From assembly GCA_963816395.1 (NCBI GenBank), contig CAWFKQ010000004.1, positions 1 through 64,000 of the forward strand: a DNA stretch of 64,000 bases, read 5' to 3'. Source of the stretch: an uncultured delta proteobacterium (GTDB lineage Bacteria; Desulfobacterota; Desulfuromonadia; Desulfuromonadales; JACZKF01). Shown in pieces: positions 45,130-60,231 of the stretch (positions are counted from its first letter, which is position 1; the number at the start of each line of letters is the position of its first letter). Both the position numbers and the translations under genes were made by a program. The notes beneath the pieces were generated by a model. That model worked only from the letters and a program-made list of their open reading frames with translations, was not told where the DNA came from and searched no databases.

Positions 45130-45602
45130 ATCAGCGGCTCATCGGGGCTGCATGGGCCCTCCGCCTGCGCCGTCCCGGACCACGGCAGGTCGGGGAAGAC
45201 CCGGCTCAGGATGTGCCGGGCGCCAGGCGGCAGATTGAGGGCGGGAAGGCGGACCTTCGGCACGAAAGCCGCCTCGGTACACTCTTCCCCATTGGCCTGC
45301 AGCCGCCCGCCGATCGGGGCGGCCCGGTAATAGAGGATGACGAAATGGTCTTCGGTTTGGCCGACGCTCAGATGTTCGAAAACATCGATCAGTCCCTCCA
45401 CCTTGATTTCGATCCCGACCTCCTCCAGCACCTCACGGTGCAGGGCGGCCAGAATCGACTCCCCGTGATCGATCTTCCCGCCCGGCATTACCCATTGCCC
45501 GTGGAAGGGATGGATGCAGCGCCGGGTCAGCAGGACGCGTTCCTGCTCGTCGATGACGCAGGCGACGACGGAAGTCTTAATATGTTGCTTTTTAAAATCC
45601 AT
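45108..45602 (-). CDS. NUDIX hydrolase
   Basis: PGGKIDHGE....ALHREVLEEVG. Confidence 0.93.
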   Translation of the reverse strand: MDFKKQHIKTSVVACVIDEQERVLLTRRCIHPFHGQWVMPGGKIDHGESILAALHREVLEEVGIEIKVEGLIDVFEHLSVGQTEDHFVILYYRAAPIGGRLQANGEECTEAAFVPKVRLPALNLPPGARHILSRVFPDLPWSGTAQAEGPCSPDEPLMCPVEKP

Positions 45603-45609
45603 AGCAAGC

Positions 45610-45681
45610 CGGGACGCGGTTTGCGGTACGCGGGACGCGAAAATCCGGTAAGGTTTTCCGCATACCGCGTACCGCGTTCCG
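45610..45681. repeat. Intergenic palindrome of GGkACGC 7-mers
   Basis: GGGACGC GGTTTGC GGTACGC GGGACGC ... GCATACC GCGTACC GCGTTCC. Confidence 0.75.
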
Positions 45682-45687
45682 CGCTAC

Positions 45688-46904
45688 CTATTTCTTCTGC
45701 CGCTGAATCGCGGCGATGCGCATGCGCAGGGCGTTGAGCTTGATGAAGCCTTCGGCGTCGGCCTGGTTGTAGACCTGGTCGGCCTCGAAGGTGGCGAAGT
45801 CGACATTGAACAGCGAATCGGTCTCCGACTTGCGCCCCACCGCCCGGCAGTGCCCCTTGTACAGCTTGATGCGGGCGACGCCGTTGACCGTCTGCTGTGT
45901 CTGGTCGATCAGCGCCTGCAGCGCCAGGCGCTCGGGGGCGAACCAATAGCCGTTGTAGATCATGCTGGCGTAGCGGGGCATGAGGGAATCGCGCAGGTGC
46001 ATCACCTCGCGATCCATGGTGATCGATTCCACCGCCCGGTGCGCCTCTTCGAGGATGGTGCCGCCGGGGGTCTCGTAGACGCCGCGGCTTTTCATCCCCA
46101 CATAGCGGTTTTCCAGCAGGTCGACGCGGCCGATGCCGTGCTTGCCGCCGAGCTGGTTCAGCTTCGCCAGGAGATTGGCGGGGGAGAGCCGCTCGCCGTT
46201 GACCGCCACGGCATCTCCCTTCTCGAAGGCGACCTCCACGTACTCCGGCTGGTCGGGGGCGTCCTCGGGGCGCACCGTGAGGACATACATCTCCTCCGGC
46301 GCCTCGGCCCAGGGGTTCTCCAGGATGGCGCCCTCGAAGGAGATGTGCAGCAGGTTGCGGTCGGAACTCCAGGGGCGCGCCTTGGTCACCGGCACGTGGA
46401 TGTCGTGCTTCTGTGCATAGGCGATGAGGGCCTCGCGGCTGTTCAGGTCCCATTCGCGCCAGGGGGCGATGACGGTGATGGCCGGGTCGAAGTGGTAGTA
46501 GGCGAGCTCAAAGCGCACCTGGTCGTTCCCCTTGCCGGTAGCGCCATGCGAGACCGCATCGGCCCCCTCTTGGCGGGCGATATCCATCTGCGCCTTGGCG
46601 ATCAGCGGCCGGGCGATGGAGGTCCCGAGGAAATAGCGTCCTTCATAGATGGCGTTGGCGCGGAACATGGGGAAGACGAAGTCGCGGACGAACTCCTCCT
46701 TCAGGTCGACGATGTAGCCCTTGCTGGCGCCGGTCTTCTTCGCCTTGGCGGGGATGATGTCCAGTTCCTCCCCCTGGCCGAGGTCGGCGGAAAAGGCGAT
46801 CACCTCGCAGCCGTATTCCTCGACCAGCCACTTGAGGATGATCGAGGTGTCGAGCCCGCCCGAATAGGCGAGGACGGCCTTTTTGACGGAACCCTTCTTG
46901 CCAT
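45688..46904 (-). CDS. argG: Argininosuccinate synthase, single-base loss just after the start
   Basis: [41 protein letters not shown]. Confidence 0.96.
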
Positions 46905-46994
46905 AAAGCAGTTTCTCCTTTGCGGTGACAGTTGAATCGGCAAAGGGGTTGGAAGAGGCATTTATTCGCTTGCCTCGTGCCTCTTGCCTCTAGC

Positions 46995-47650
46995 CTAGAG
47001 TTTTATGACATAAGTATCGGCAATCTTGTCGTGCAGCCCCTGCTTCTGGCGGTCGAAGGCGACCATCAGGTAGCCGATGCCGAGGAGAATGCCCGAGAGG
47101 AACTTGCCGGGCACTTCCCGGAGGAAAGCGCGGCCGTAGCCGATGGCGCTGCCGTCGGTGCGGATCACCTTGATCCGCAGGGCCATCTTGCCGGGCGTCT
47201 GACCGCCGTAACCGGTGAAGAAGACATAATAGAACACCGCGATGACGGCGGCGAACAGTCCGGTTACGATGGTTATCATGGTCTGCCCCTGCTGGTTCAG
47301 GGAGCCGCTGACCAGGCCGGCGGCCAGGGTGAGCAGCAGGCTGCAGACGAACTCCAGCAACGGAGACCAGGAAGGAGTCGATCAGTCGCCGCCACCGCCC
47401 GGATCCAGAAACCGGCCTTGGGCAGGGTCTCGGGGCCGGCCGGCAGGGGTGGCGGCAGCGTCCCGGAGAGGGCCGGCGGTGGAGTTTCCTCCGGGGCGGG
47501 CGTTGGCTCCCCTTCGGCCGATGCGGCCTCCTCTCGGCGAAAGGAGAAGCTCTCCTGGCATTGCGGGCAGGTCGCCTGCAGCGGTCCGGGCGGAATTTCG
47601 GCATCCCCCACTTCCCGGGAGAACCCGCAACGCGGGCAGCTGACCTCCAT
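46995..47650 (-). CDS. Zn-ribbon plus RDD-family membrane protein, frameshifted at ~47370
   Basis: CPRC..CPQC, AGFWIR..A, GQTPGKM.LRIKV, KQGLHDKIADT. Confidence 0.85.
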
Positions 47651-47651
47651 C

Positions 47652-48569
47652 CTACCGTCCTTCCAGCAAGGTCGCCATGATCGCCTTCTGCACGTGGAGA
47701 CGGTTTTCGGCCTCATCGAAGACCACCGAATGCGGCCCTTCGATCACCTCGTCGGTGATCTCTTCGCCGCGGTGGGCCGGCAGGCAGTGCAGGACGATGC
47801 AGCCCGGGTCGGCGACGGCAACTACCCGCTCGTTGATCTGGAAGCCGGCGAAGGCCCTGGCCCGCGCCTGCTGTTCGGCTTCCTGCCCCATGCTGGCCCA
47901 AACGTCGGTATTGAGGACGTGGGCGCCGCGCGCCGCCTCGGCCGGATCATGGGTATAACGGATGCGGGCACCCAGCTCCCGGGCCCGGGCGACGACCTGT
48001 TCATGGGGGCGGTAGCCCGTCGGGGTGGCGACCCGCAGTTCAAAGCCGAAGACGGCGGCGGCGTTGATCCAGCTGTTGGCCATGTTGTTGCCGTCGCCGA
48101 TCCAGCAGTAGCTCAGATCGCGCCAGGCGTCTCCCTTGTGCTCGATGACGGTGAACAGGTCGGCCATCACCTGGCAGGGGTGGTACATGTCGGTCAGGCC
48201 GTTGATCACGGGTATGTCCGACCAGCGGGCCAGCTCCTCCACCCCCTCCTGGGAGAAGGTGCGGATCATGATGCCGTCGACATAACGGGACATCACCCGG
48301 CCGGTGTCCTTGATCGGCTCGCCGCGGCCGATCTGCGTCGTCCCGGAGGAGAGGAACAGGGCGTGGCCGCCCAGCTGGTACATACCCACCTCGAAGGAAA
48401 CCCGGGTGCGGGTGGAGCTTTTCTCGAAAATCATCCCCAGGGTCTTCCCCGCGAGGAGCCGGTGCGCCTCGCCGCGCTTCTGCTTCGCCTTCAGCTCGCG
48501 GGTCAGCGCGAAGATCGCCTCCAGGTCTTCACGCCGCCAGTCGGTCAGGGACAGAAAATCTTTTTTCAC
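47652..48569 (-). CDS. argF: Ornithine carbamoyltransferase
   Basis: SSTRTRVSFE, HPCQ, DVWASMGQE, HCLP. Confidence 0.97.
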   Translation of the reverse strand: MKKDFLSLTDWRREDLEAIFALTRELKAKQKRGEAHRLLAGKTLGMIFEKSSTRTRVSFEVGMYQLGGHALFLSSGTTQIGRGEPIKDTGRVMSRYVDGIMIRTFSQEGVEELARWSDIPVINGLTDMYHPCQVMADLFTVIEHKGDAWRDLSYCWIGDGNNMANSWINAAAVFGFELRVATPTGYRPHEQVVARARELGARIRYTHDPAEAARGAHVLNTDVWASMGQEAEQQARARAFAGFQINERVVAVADPGCIVLHCLPAHRGEEITDEVIEGPHSVVFDEAENRLHVQKAIMATLLEGR

Positions 48570-48594
48570 AGCAATGCTCCTGATACATCGCAGG

Positions 48595-48620
48595 GTAGGG
48601 GCACGGCGTGCCGTGCCCAC
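48595..48620. repeat. GTAG-type REP element
   Basis: GTAG followed by the palindrome GGGCACGGC-GT-GCCGTGCCC. Confidence 0.75.
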
Positions 48621-48623
48621 TGT

Positions 48624-49819
48624 TCAGATTTCAGCCAATATCCCATCCAGAATCCCCACCGCCTCATCGATCTCCGCTTTCGTCACGATCAGCGGCGGTA
48701 CGAACCGCAGGACGGTGTCGTGGATGACGTTGAGCAGCAGGCCGCGGCTATGCCCCTTTTTGACGATATCCGCTCCGGGAATCGACATCTGCATGCCGAC
48801 CATCAGGCCGATGCCGCGGATGCCGGTGATGAAAGAATAGCGCTGCCTGAGCACGCCAAGCCGGGCGACCAGGTAGTCCCCCATCTCCACGGCACGCTCC
48901 GGCAGCCCCTCATCGAGAACCGCCCGCAGCGCCGCCACCCCCGCCGCCGTCATCAACGGATTGCCGCCGAAGGTTGAACCATGGGTGCCGGGGGTAAAGG
49001 CGGCGGCAATCTCTTCGCGGGCCAGGGCGGCGCCGATCGGTCCGCCGCCCCCCAGGGCCTTGGCCAGGGTCAGGATATCGGGGGTGATGCCGAAATGCTC
49101 ATAGGCGAAGAGCTTGCCGGTGCGGCCGATGCCGGTCTGCACCTCATCCAGGATCAGCAGCAGCCGGTGCCGGTCGCACAGCTGCCGAACCGCCTGCAGG
49201 TAATTCGGGGCGGGGATGTTGACCCCTCCCTCCCCCTGTACCGCCTCCAGCATGATGGCGCAGGTGTGCTGGTCCACCGCTGCCTCCAGTGCCGCCAAGT
49301 CGTTGAAGGGGACATGGCGGAAGCCGTGCAGCAGCGGATCGAAAAATTTCTGCACCGTCGCCTGGCCGGTGGCCGAGACGGTGGCCATGGTCCGGCCATG
49401 GAAGGAATCGGCGGCGGTGATGATGGCGAAGCGCTCAGGGCCGAAGGTGTCACGGCTGTACTTCCGCGCCAGCTTGATCGCCGCCTCGTTCGCCTCGGCT
49501 CCCGAATTGCAGAAGAAGACGCGATCGGCGAAGCTGTGGGCACAGAGCAGTTCGGCCAGTTCGGTCTGCGGCGCGTTGTGATAGTAGTTGGAGCAGTGGA
49601 TCAGGGTCGCCGCCTGCTCCTGCAGGGCCTTGACCACCTTAGGATGGCAGTGCCCCAGGTTGTTGACCGCCACCCCGGCGAGAAAGTCCAGATAGCGTTT
49701 CCCGTCCGCGTCCCAGACCACGCACCCCTCGCCCCGCACCGGCACGATCGGATAGCGCCCCACGTTCTTCATCAGCACCTTGTCGGCCCGGTCGAAATCC
49801 AGGCAGCGGAAGTCGTCAT
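48624..49819 (-). CDS. argD: Acetylornithine aminotransferase, frameshift at ~49792
   Basis: NSGAEANE, SFHGRT, DEVQTG.GRTG, AKALGGG, HGSTFGGNP. Confidence 0.95.
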
Positions 49820-49860
49820 GATTTTGTCATCCATGTAATTGGAAGAGCAATTTAACAGCA

Positions 49861-49989
49861 AACGCAAAGGCGCAAAGACGAAAAGAAAGGCGCCGAGGAA
49901 AACCAATGAAAATGGAGAGGTTGCCTTTAAGCCTTTAGAACGTTTGATTTCCTTTGCGTCTTGGGGGTTTCCCTTTGCGCCTTTGCGTT
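49861..49989. repeat. Intergenic palindrome of CGCAAAG 8-mers
   Basis: Perfect 17-bp inverted repeat AACGCAAAGGCGCAAAG / CTTTGCGCCTTTGCGTT. Confidence 0.85.
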
Positions 49990-49997
49990 GAGGTTCT

Positions 49998-50946
<949 letters not shown>

Positions 50947-50950
50947 TCGC

Positions 50951-52299
<1,349 letters not shown>

Positions 52300-52303
<4 letters not shown>

Positions 52304-52830
52304 GGCAGCGCCTCCACCAGGATATTTTCGTTGGTATAGATGCAGATGCCGGCAGCGATCTTCATAGCCTCCACGGCGATCTGTTGCGCCGGCAGGGCCG
52401 AGTGGCCGAGCAGGGCGCGGGCGGCGGCCAGGGCATAGGGGCCGCCGGAGCCGATGGCGGCGATGCCGTCGTCCGGCTCGATGACATCGCCCGCCCCGGA
52501 CAGCACCAGGGTGGACTCCCGGTCGGCGACGATCAGCAGGGCCTCCAGACGGCGCAGGATGCGGTCGGTGCGCCAGTCCTTGGCCAGAGTCACTGCGGCT
52601 CGCGACAGGTTGCCGCGGTATTCCTGCAGTTTGGCGTCGAATTTTTCGAAAAGGGTGAACGCATCCGCTGTGCTGCCGGCGAAGCCGGCCAGGACCTTGT
52701 CGTCATACAGCCGGCGGATCTTGCGGGCAGTATGCTTCATGACCGTATTGCCCATGGTCACCTGCCCGTCCCCGGCCAGCGCCACCTCGCCCTCTTTGCG
52801 GATGCAGAGAATTGTCGTTGCGTGAAACAT
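52300..52830 (-). CDS. hslV: ATP-dependent protease peptidase subunit
   Basis: [29 protein letters not shown]. Confidence 0.97.
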
Positions 52831-53046
52831 GGGTAGCTCTCGTGAAAAGTTAAAGAAAAAATATAACACAGAGCGGCGCCCGAAAAAAGATAAATGCCGC
52901 ATTCCCTGCACCGGCAGCGGCGGTGGGGAAAGGCGGCTTGGGCGATCGTGTTCCGGGCTCAACAGGATGCGTTCTGCATCCCGGAGCTGGCAAAAATGCC
53001 ATTAAAGCAGTGAGGTAGCGAGATGGTAAAATCTGAATTTACTGTC

Positions 53047-54222
53047 TCACTGTCTGACTATCACACTATCAGACTGCCCTTTAGGGTACGGGAGGAGAAT
53101 GGTCGCTTCCGTCCCTGCTCCCGGCTCGCTCTTCAATTGCAGGGTGCCGCCGTGCATCTGCACGAACTGCCGGGCGTAATAAAGGCCGAGGCCAAAACCG
53201 CGCACCTGCCCGGTCCGGGAGGGATCAACCTGATAGAACTTTTCGAATATCTTGGGGATCTCCTCCCGCGGGATTCCCTGACCGGTATCACGAATGGTCA
53301 GACGCACAGCCTTTGACGTCACTTCCCCCGTGAAGTGGATTTCGCCGCCGCGCGGGGTGAATTTGACCGCGTTATCGAGCAGGGAGAGCAGGGTGAAGGT
53401 GAAGCGCTGCCGGTCCAGGGGGATGGCGGGGCAGGCGGCTTCCAGGGCACTGACCAGATGCACTCCCTTGCGGTCGGCGATCGTCTTGCGTTCGGTCACG
53501 ACCGTCTGGGCCAGTTCCAGGGGATTCTCCGTGGTAAAGCGGGGCGGCCCTTCCTGGAGGATCACCTGACTGTAATTGAGCAGGTCCTGGATCAGGGCGC
53601 TCAGATAGCCGGATTCCTCCAGAATGAGCTCCATGGTCTTGCGAAAGGAGGGATCGTCGGGGTCGCCGATGCCCTGGGCGAGATTCTGGATGAACAGTGA
53701 AATGGCCGTGATCGGGGTTTTAAGCTTATGTGAGATCAGGCCGAGAAAATCGGACTTCAGGCGGTCCAGGCGTTTTAGCTGCAGCAGTTCCTCGCGCAGC
53801 GCCTTTCGCTCCAGGACCTTCTGGACGGTGGTCCTGAGCTGCAGCAGGTTGATGGGCTTGCTGATAAAGTCATCGGCATCGGCTTTCAGCGCCCGCAGGA
53901 TGATCTCCCTATCGGCGAAGCCGGTCATGATCACCACTGCCTGGTTCGGCGCCTGCTCCTTGATCGTCTTCAGCAGGTCGAGTCCGTTCAGTTGCGGCAT
54001 CATGACATCGGTGAGGACCAGATCGATCTCCTCCCGATGCAGCACCTGCAGTGCCTCGGCGCCGTTGCCGGCCTGGAGGATGCGGTAGTCGTCCAGCGCC
54101 CGGGCGCAAAGCTCGCGGATGACCGCCTCGTCGTCAACGATGAGAATGCCTGGCCTGACCTTTTCCGGGCTCAACCGGGGTTTATCCGGAGTCTGCCGCC
54201 CTTCCTTTTTCCTGATAGCCAT
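53047..54222 (-). CDS. Hybrid response regulator / histidine kinase
   Basis: REC domain (VDDE, DVMMP, KP) plus SHKLKTP H-box, NAVKFT, DTGQG, GFGLGL. Confidence 0.92.
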   Translation of the reverse strand: MAIRKKEGRQTPDKPRLSPEKVRPGILIVDDEAVIRELCARALDDYRILQAGNGAEALQVLHREEIDLVLTDVMMPQLNGLDLLKTIKEQAPNQAVVIMTGFADREIILRALKADADDFISKPINLLQLRTTVQKVLERKALREELLQLKRLDRLKSDFLGLISHKLKTPITAISLFIQNLAQGIGDPDDPSFRKTMELILEESGYLSALIQDLLNYSQVILQEGPPRFTTENPLELAQTVVTERKTIADRKGVHLVSALEAACPAIPLDRQRFTFTLLSLLDNAVKFTPRGGEIHFTGEVTSKAVRLTIRDTGQGIPREEIPKIFEKFYQVDPSRTGQVRGFGLGLYYARQFVQMHGGTLQLKSEPGAGTEATILLPYPKGQSDSVIVRQ

Positions 54223-54241
54223 AAAGATTGCCCGAATGATT

Positions 54242-56894
54242 TTACGGGCGCTGCAGCTGGCCGGCGATCAGCGCATCGGCGGCATTCAACGCCTGGTCGA
54301 GGTGCTCCGGCCGGCTGCCGCCGGCTTGGGCGAGATCGGCCCGGCCGCCCCCCTTGCCGCCCACCTGCTCGGCCAGTTTCTGCACCAGTCGGCCGGCTGG
54401 CAGACGATCGGCGAGATCACGAGTCACCGCCACCAGGAGATTGGCTTTCCCCTCAGCCGCGCTGCCGAGGATGATCACCCCCGAAGCCAACCTTTCCCGC
54501 AGTTGATCAGCCATTTCCCGCAGGCCCTTGCCGTCGGCACCGTCCACCCGAACGGCCAGTACCCGGATTCCGGCGACCTCGTGGGCTTTCTCCAGCAGTT
54601 CGCCGGCGCGGCTGGCATTGAGACGCCCCTGCAGCGATTCGACCTCGCGCTCCAGTTCCTTCTGCCGCTCCAGCAGCTTCTGCAGGCGCGGCTCCAGTTG
54701 GCTGCGATCGCTCTTCAGGGCGGCGGCCAGGCGATCGAGGATCTCCTCTTCCTGATGGACCAGTGCCGTCGCCTTGGCCCCGGTTACCGCCTCGATGCGC
54801 CGCACCCCGGCGGCGATCCCGGTTTCCTGGATGATCTTGAACAGGCCGATGTCACCGGTGGCCCGGATATGGGTGCCGCCGCAGAGTTCCATGCTGAAAT
54901 CCCCCACCCGGACCACCCGCACCCGCTCGCCGTATTTTTCGCCAAAGAGGGCGGTGGCGCCGGCGGCGATCGCCTCGGCGGCGGCCATCTCCCTGGTTTC
55001 CACCTGCTGGTTGTCGCGGATGCGGCGGTTGACTTCCTCTTCCGCCTGGAGCAGTTCGGCCGGGGTGAGCGGAGAGAAATGGGTGAAGTCAAAACGCAGC
55101 CGGTCGGGGGTGACCAGGGAGCCAGCTTGCTTCACATGTTCCCCGAGCACCTCGATGAGCACCGCCTGGAGGATATGGGTGGCGGTATGGTTGAGCGCGG
55201 TCGCCTGGCGGGTGGAGGGTTCCACTTTCAGGTCGGCGGCATCGCCGGTGCGCAGGGTGCCGGCGAGGATCTCCCCGAAGTGGACGACGAGGTCCGGCAG
55301 CGGCTTGCGGGTATCGGTGACCCGGACCCGCGCGAGGCCGGTGCTGATCTCACCGCGGTCCCCGACCTGCCCCCCCGACTCGCCGTAGAAGGGGGTGATG
55401 GAGGTGACGATCTCCACCCGGTCTCCTTCGCAGGCTTCCGGCACCGGCTCGGCCGTCGCGCAGGAGGGCGAGGACCGTCCCGTAATCGCTGAGGCCGTGG
55501 TAGCCGGTGAACTCGGTGCGCGTCCCTGCCTCCCGCAGCTGCCGGTAGACGGCGCCGATCGACTCCTCGCCGGAGCCCTTCCAATGCTCCCGCGCCTGCT
55601 GCCGCTGCCGCTCCATGCGCGCCTCGAAGCCCGCCTCGTCCAGGGTGAAGCCCTCGTTGCGGACGATGTCGGCGGTGAGATCGGTGGGAAAACCATAGGT
55701 ATCATAGAGGCGGAAGACGACCTCGCCGGGGATGACGCTCTGCCCCGACTTCTTCAGGGTTGCCATTTCCTCGTTGACGATGGCGAGACCGCGGTCGAGG
55801 GTTTCGGCGAAACGCTCCTCCTCGGCCCGCACAACCTTACGGACGTACTCCTCACGCTCCAGGAGGTCGGGGTAGGCGCCCCCCATGATTTCGTTGACAG
55901 CGTCGACCATCCGGTAGAGGACGGGCTCGACGAAGCCGAGCATCTTGGCGTGGCGGGCGGCCCGGCGCATGATCCGGCGCAGCACGTAGCCGCGCCCCTC
56001 GTTGCTCGGGAGCACGCCGTCGGCGATGAGGAAGGTGGTGGCCCGGGCGTGGTCGGCGATGACCCGCATGGAGACGTCATCCTTGTGGTCATCCCCGTAG
56101 CGTTTGCCGGAGAGAGCCGCGACCTGGCGGATGATCCCCTGCAGCAGGTCGGTATCGTAATTCGATTTCACCCCCTGCATGACCGTGGCGATCCGCTCCA
56201 GCCCCATGCCGGTGTCGACCGAGGGCTTGGGCAGAGGCGTCAGTGCCCCGTCGGCGGCACGGTTGAACTGCATGAAGACGTTATTCCAGATTTCCATGTA
56301 GCGGTCGCAGTCGCAGCCGACGGTACACTCGGGGCTGCCGCACCCCACCTCGGGGCCGTTGTCCCAGAAAATCTCGCTGCAGGGACCGCAGGGGCCGGTG
56401 TCTCCCATGGACCAGAAATTGTCTTTCTCGCCGAAACGGAAGATCCGCTCGCGCGGCACCCCTTCCTGTTGGTGCCAGATGTCGGCCGCTTCTTCATCCT
56501 CGGTGAAGACGGAGACGTAGAGGCGCCCCCGATCGAGTCCCAGGTCTCGGGTCAGGAATTCCCAGGCAAAGGCGATGGCCTCCTTCTTGAAGTAGTCGCC
56601 GAAGGAGAAATTCCCCAGCATCTCAAAGAAGGTGTGATGGCGGGCGGTGCGGCCGACGTTCTCCAGGTCATTGTGCTTCCCCCCGGCGCGGACGCATTTC
56701 TGAGAGGACGCGGCGCGCGCGTATTCCCGCTTCTCCCGCCCGAGGAAGACGTCCTTGAACTGGTTCATTCCGGCATTGGTGAAGAGCAGGGTCGGGTCGT
56801 TGTGCGGGATCAGCGGCGAGGAGGTGACGACGGTGTGCCCGCGCTCTTCGAAAAATTTCAGGAATCGGCTGCGAATCTGGTTTCCGGTGAGCAT
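54242..56894 (-). CDS. alaS: Alanine--tRNA ligase, frameshift at ~55450
   Basis: [49 protein letters not shown]. Confidence 0.97.
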
Positions 56895-56901
56895 AATGAC
56901 T

Positions 56902-57363
56902 TTAGTCTACCTCTCTTCCCTGCAGAATATCCAGAATCAGCGGCAGGGCGAAGCCCCGGCGCAGAAAAAAGCTGATTACCCGCCGCCTCTGTCGTTGGTC
57001 GGCGGCGGTAAAATTGAAATCCGGGTACCGTCGACACAGCAGCCCGGCCAGAATCTCCCGTTCATTTTCACCGTCGTGCTCGGCAAGGGCCGTTCGGGCC
57101 AGTTCCTCCGGGACGCCGTGCGCCAGCAGGTCTGCCAATAGCCGCGGACCGACGGCCCGCCCGGACTGCAGCAGAACCCGGACCCGCTCGCGGGCGAATC
57201 GCGCATCGTCCAGGTAGCCCAGTTCGCGGCAGCGGGCGAGGGCGGCCTCGATCGCCGGCTCGCTGCAGCCGCGCCGGCGCAGCCGCCCCGCCAGCTCGGA
57301 GCTGCTGCGTTCGCGTACCGCCAGCAGGCGCAGGGCGATGGCAAGAGGCTCAGAAACGCTCAA
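56902..57363 (-). CDS. recX: Regulatory protein RecX
   Basis: [24 protein letters not shown]; located near recA. Confidence 0.9.
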   Translation of the reverse strand: MSVSEPLAIALRLLAVRERSSSELAGRLRRRGCSEPAIEAALARCRELGYLDDARFARERVRVLLQSGRAVGPRLLADLLAHGVPEELARTALAEHDGENEREILAGLLCRRYPDFNFTAADQRQRRRVISFFLRRGFALPLILDILQGREVD

Positions 57364-58507
57364 GATCGATCTTTTTCGCCTCCGGCGCGGGCGGCCCCTC
57401 CTCCTTGTCGAAGTCCTCCCAGCTGAGATCGGAAGTGGAGGAGATCCCTGAGACCTTGAGCTTGAAGTCGTCGGGATTGGAGCATTGCCGCAAAGCTTCT
57501 TCGAAGGTGATGAGCTTGCGCTTGAGCAGCCCCATCAGCGACTGGTCGAAGGTCTGCATGCCATAGGAGACGAATCCCTGCTGGATGGCGTCACGCAGCT
57601 GCTTGGTCTTTTCCTTGTCGTCGATCAGCTCCCGGGTGCGGGCGGTGGAGATCAGCACTTCCACTGCCGGAACCCGCCCCTTGCCATCCGCCCGAGGGAC
57701 CAGACGCTGGGAGACGATTCCCTTGAGCACCGCCGCCAGCTGGAGGCGTACCTGCCGCTGCTGGTACGGGGGAAAGACGGAAATGATGCGGTTGATGGTC
57801 TCAGGGGCATCGATGGTGTGCAGGGTGGAAAGGACCAGGTGACCCGTTTCGGCGGCGGTCAGCGCCGTCTCGATCGTCTCGTAGTCGCGCATTTCACCCA
57901 CCAGGATGACATCGGGGTCCTGCCGCAGGGCGCTTTTCATGGCGATGTCGAAGCCCTCGGTATCGAAGCCGACTTCGCGCTGGTTGATGATGCTCTTCTT
58001 GTCCCGGTGCAGGAACTCGATAGGGTCTTCGATAGTGACGATATGCGCCATGCGGTTCATATTGATGAAGTCGATCAGTGCTGCCAGGGTGGTCGATTTG
58101 CCCGAGCCGGTGGCGCCGGTGACCAGGATCAGACCGCGGTGCTCGGCGGCGAGCTTTTTCAGTACCGGCGGCAGCAGCAGGGCATCGAGGCCGGTGATTT
58201 CATAGGGAATGGCGCGGAAGACCAGGGTAATGGTGCCGCGCTGGGAGAAAACGTTGACGCGAAACCGGCCCAGCCCCGGCACGCCGTAGGCGAGATCGAC
58301 CTCCCGCACCTCATCGAAACGCGCCCGCTGCTTGTCATTCATGATGGCAAAGGCGACCTTCTGGGTCCAGTCAGGGGCCAGGCGGGGCGCCTTGGGCAGC
58401 GGCCGCAGAGCGCCATCGATGCGGAAAATCGGCGGCAGACCGGCCTTGAGGTGGATGTCGGAGGCCCGGACCTTGAGCGCCACCCCGAGGATTTCATTCA
58501 ACTCCAT
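57350..58507 (-). CDS. pilT: PilT/PilU-family type IV pilus ATPase
   Basis: [44 protein letters not shown]. Confidence 0.9.
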   Translation of the reverse strand: MELNEILGVALKVRASDIHLKAGLPPIFRIDGALRPLPKAPRLAPDWTQKVAFAIMNDKQRARFDEVREVDLAYGVPGLGRFRVNVFSQRGTITLVFRAIPYEITGLDALLLPPVLKKLAAEHRGLILVTGATGSGKSTTLAALIDFINMNRMAHIVTIEDPIEFLHRDKKSIINQREVGFDTEGFDIAMKSALRQDPDVILVGEMRDYETIETALTAAETGHLVLSTLHTIDAPETINRIISVFPPYQQRQVRLQLAAVLKGIVSQRLVPRADGKGRVPAVEVLISTARTRELIDDKEKTKQLRDAIQQGFVSYGMQTFDQSLMGLLKRKLITFEEALRQCSNPDDFKLKVSGISSTSDLSWEDFDKEEGPPAPEAKKIDLERF

Positions 58508-58510
58508 ATA

Positions 58511-59534
<1,024 letters not shown>

Positions 59535-59579
59535 AAGGTCAACCTCCAGTCTGGATACGGGTAAACGGCAGTCCCCTGT

Positions 59580-60141
59580 TCACTCTCCCAGGAGTACGGT
59601 TTTTCGCGGCAGGTGAACGGCGCCCGTCGGCTGCAGGCGGCTTTCGAAGAGAACGATCTGGTCCACCTCCAGGATTCCGCAGGGCACATCCCTGTACCGG
59701 TCAAGGATGGCGCGTGCCCCCGGGGGTCGGTCCCCGGTTGCGCCCCAGAGTCAGGTGCGGGGAAAAGGATCGCTCCTCGCCGGGCAGGCCGATGTCCCCC
59801 AGTCCCGTCTCGAGAGCGGAGTAAAGAGCCATCAGCGCCTGCTCCTCCTGAATCCCCAGCCAGATCACCCGTGGCCGGGCGGGGGAAGGGAAAGCGCCGA
59901 TACCGGCGACCGGCACCTGGAAGGGAGGGTGTAAGCGCCCTACGGATAGCATAACTTCCCCTATTTTTTCAAGGAATTCTTCCGGGATGTCGCCGAAAAA
60001 GCGGAGGGTCAGGTGCATCGTTTCCGGGCGCACCCAGCGGACGTGGGGGAAGGAATCAGCCAGCTTGCGGCAGAGCCCCTGTGCCGTCCGCACAATCTCC
60101 TCGGGCAGGGGAATAGCGAGAAACGCCCGTACCTGTCGCAT
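59580..60141 (-). CDS. thpR: RNA 2',3'-cyclic phosphodiesterase, frameshift at ~59720
   Basis: RAFLAI, HLTLRFFG, PHLTLGR (2H motifs). Confidence 0.9.
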
Positions 60142-60231
60142 AGGACCTCCTCGGGAGATGGGAGGTAGTGAGATAGCAAGTGGAAGAACCCAGATCAAGC
60201 TACCTGAAGATTTTACTATCTCACTATCTCC

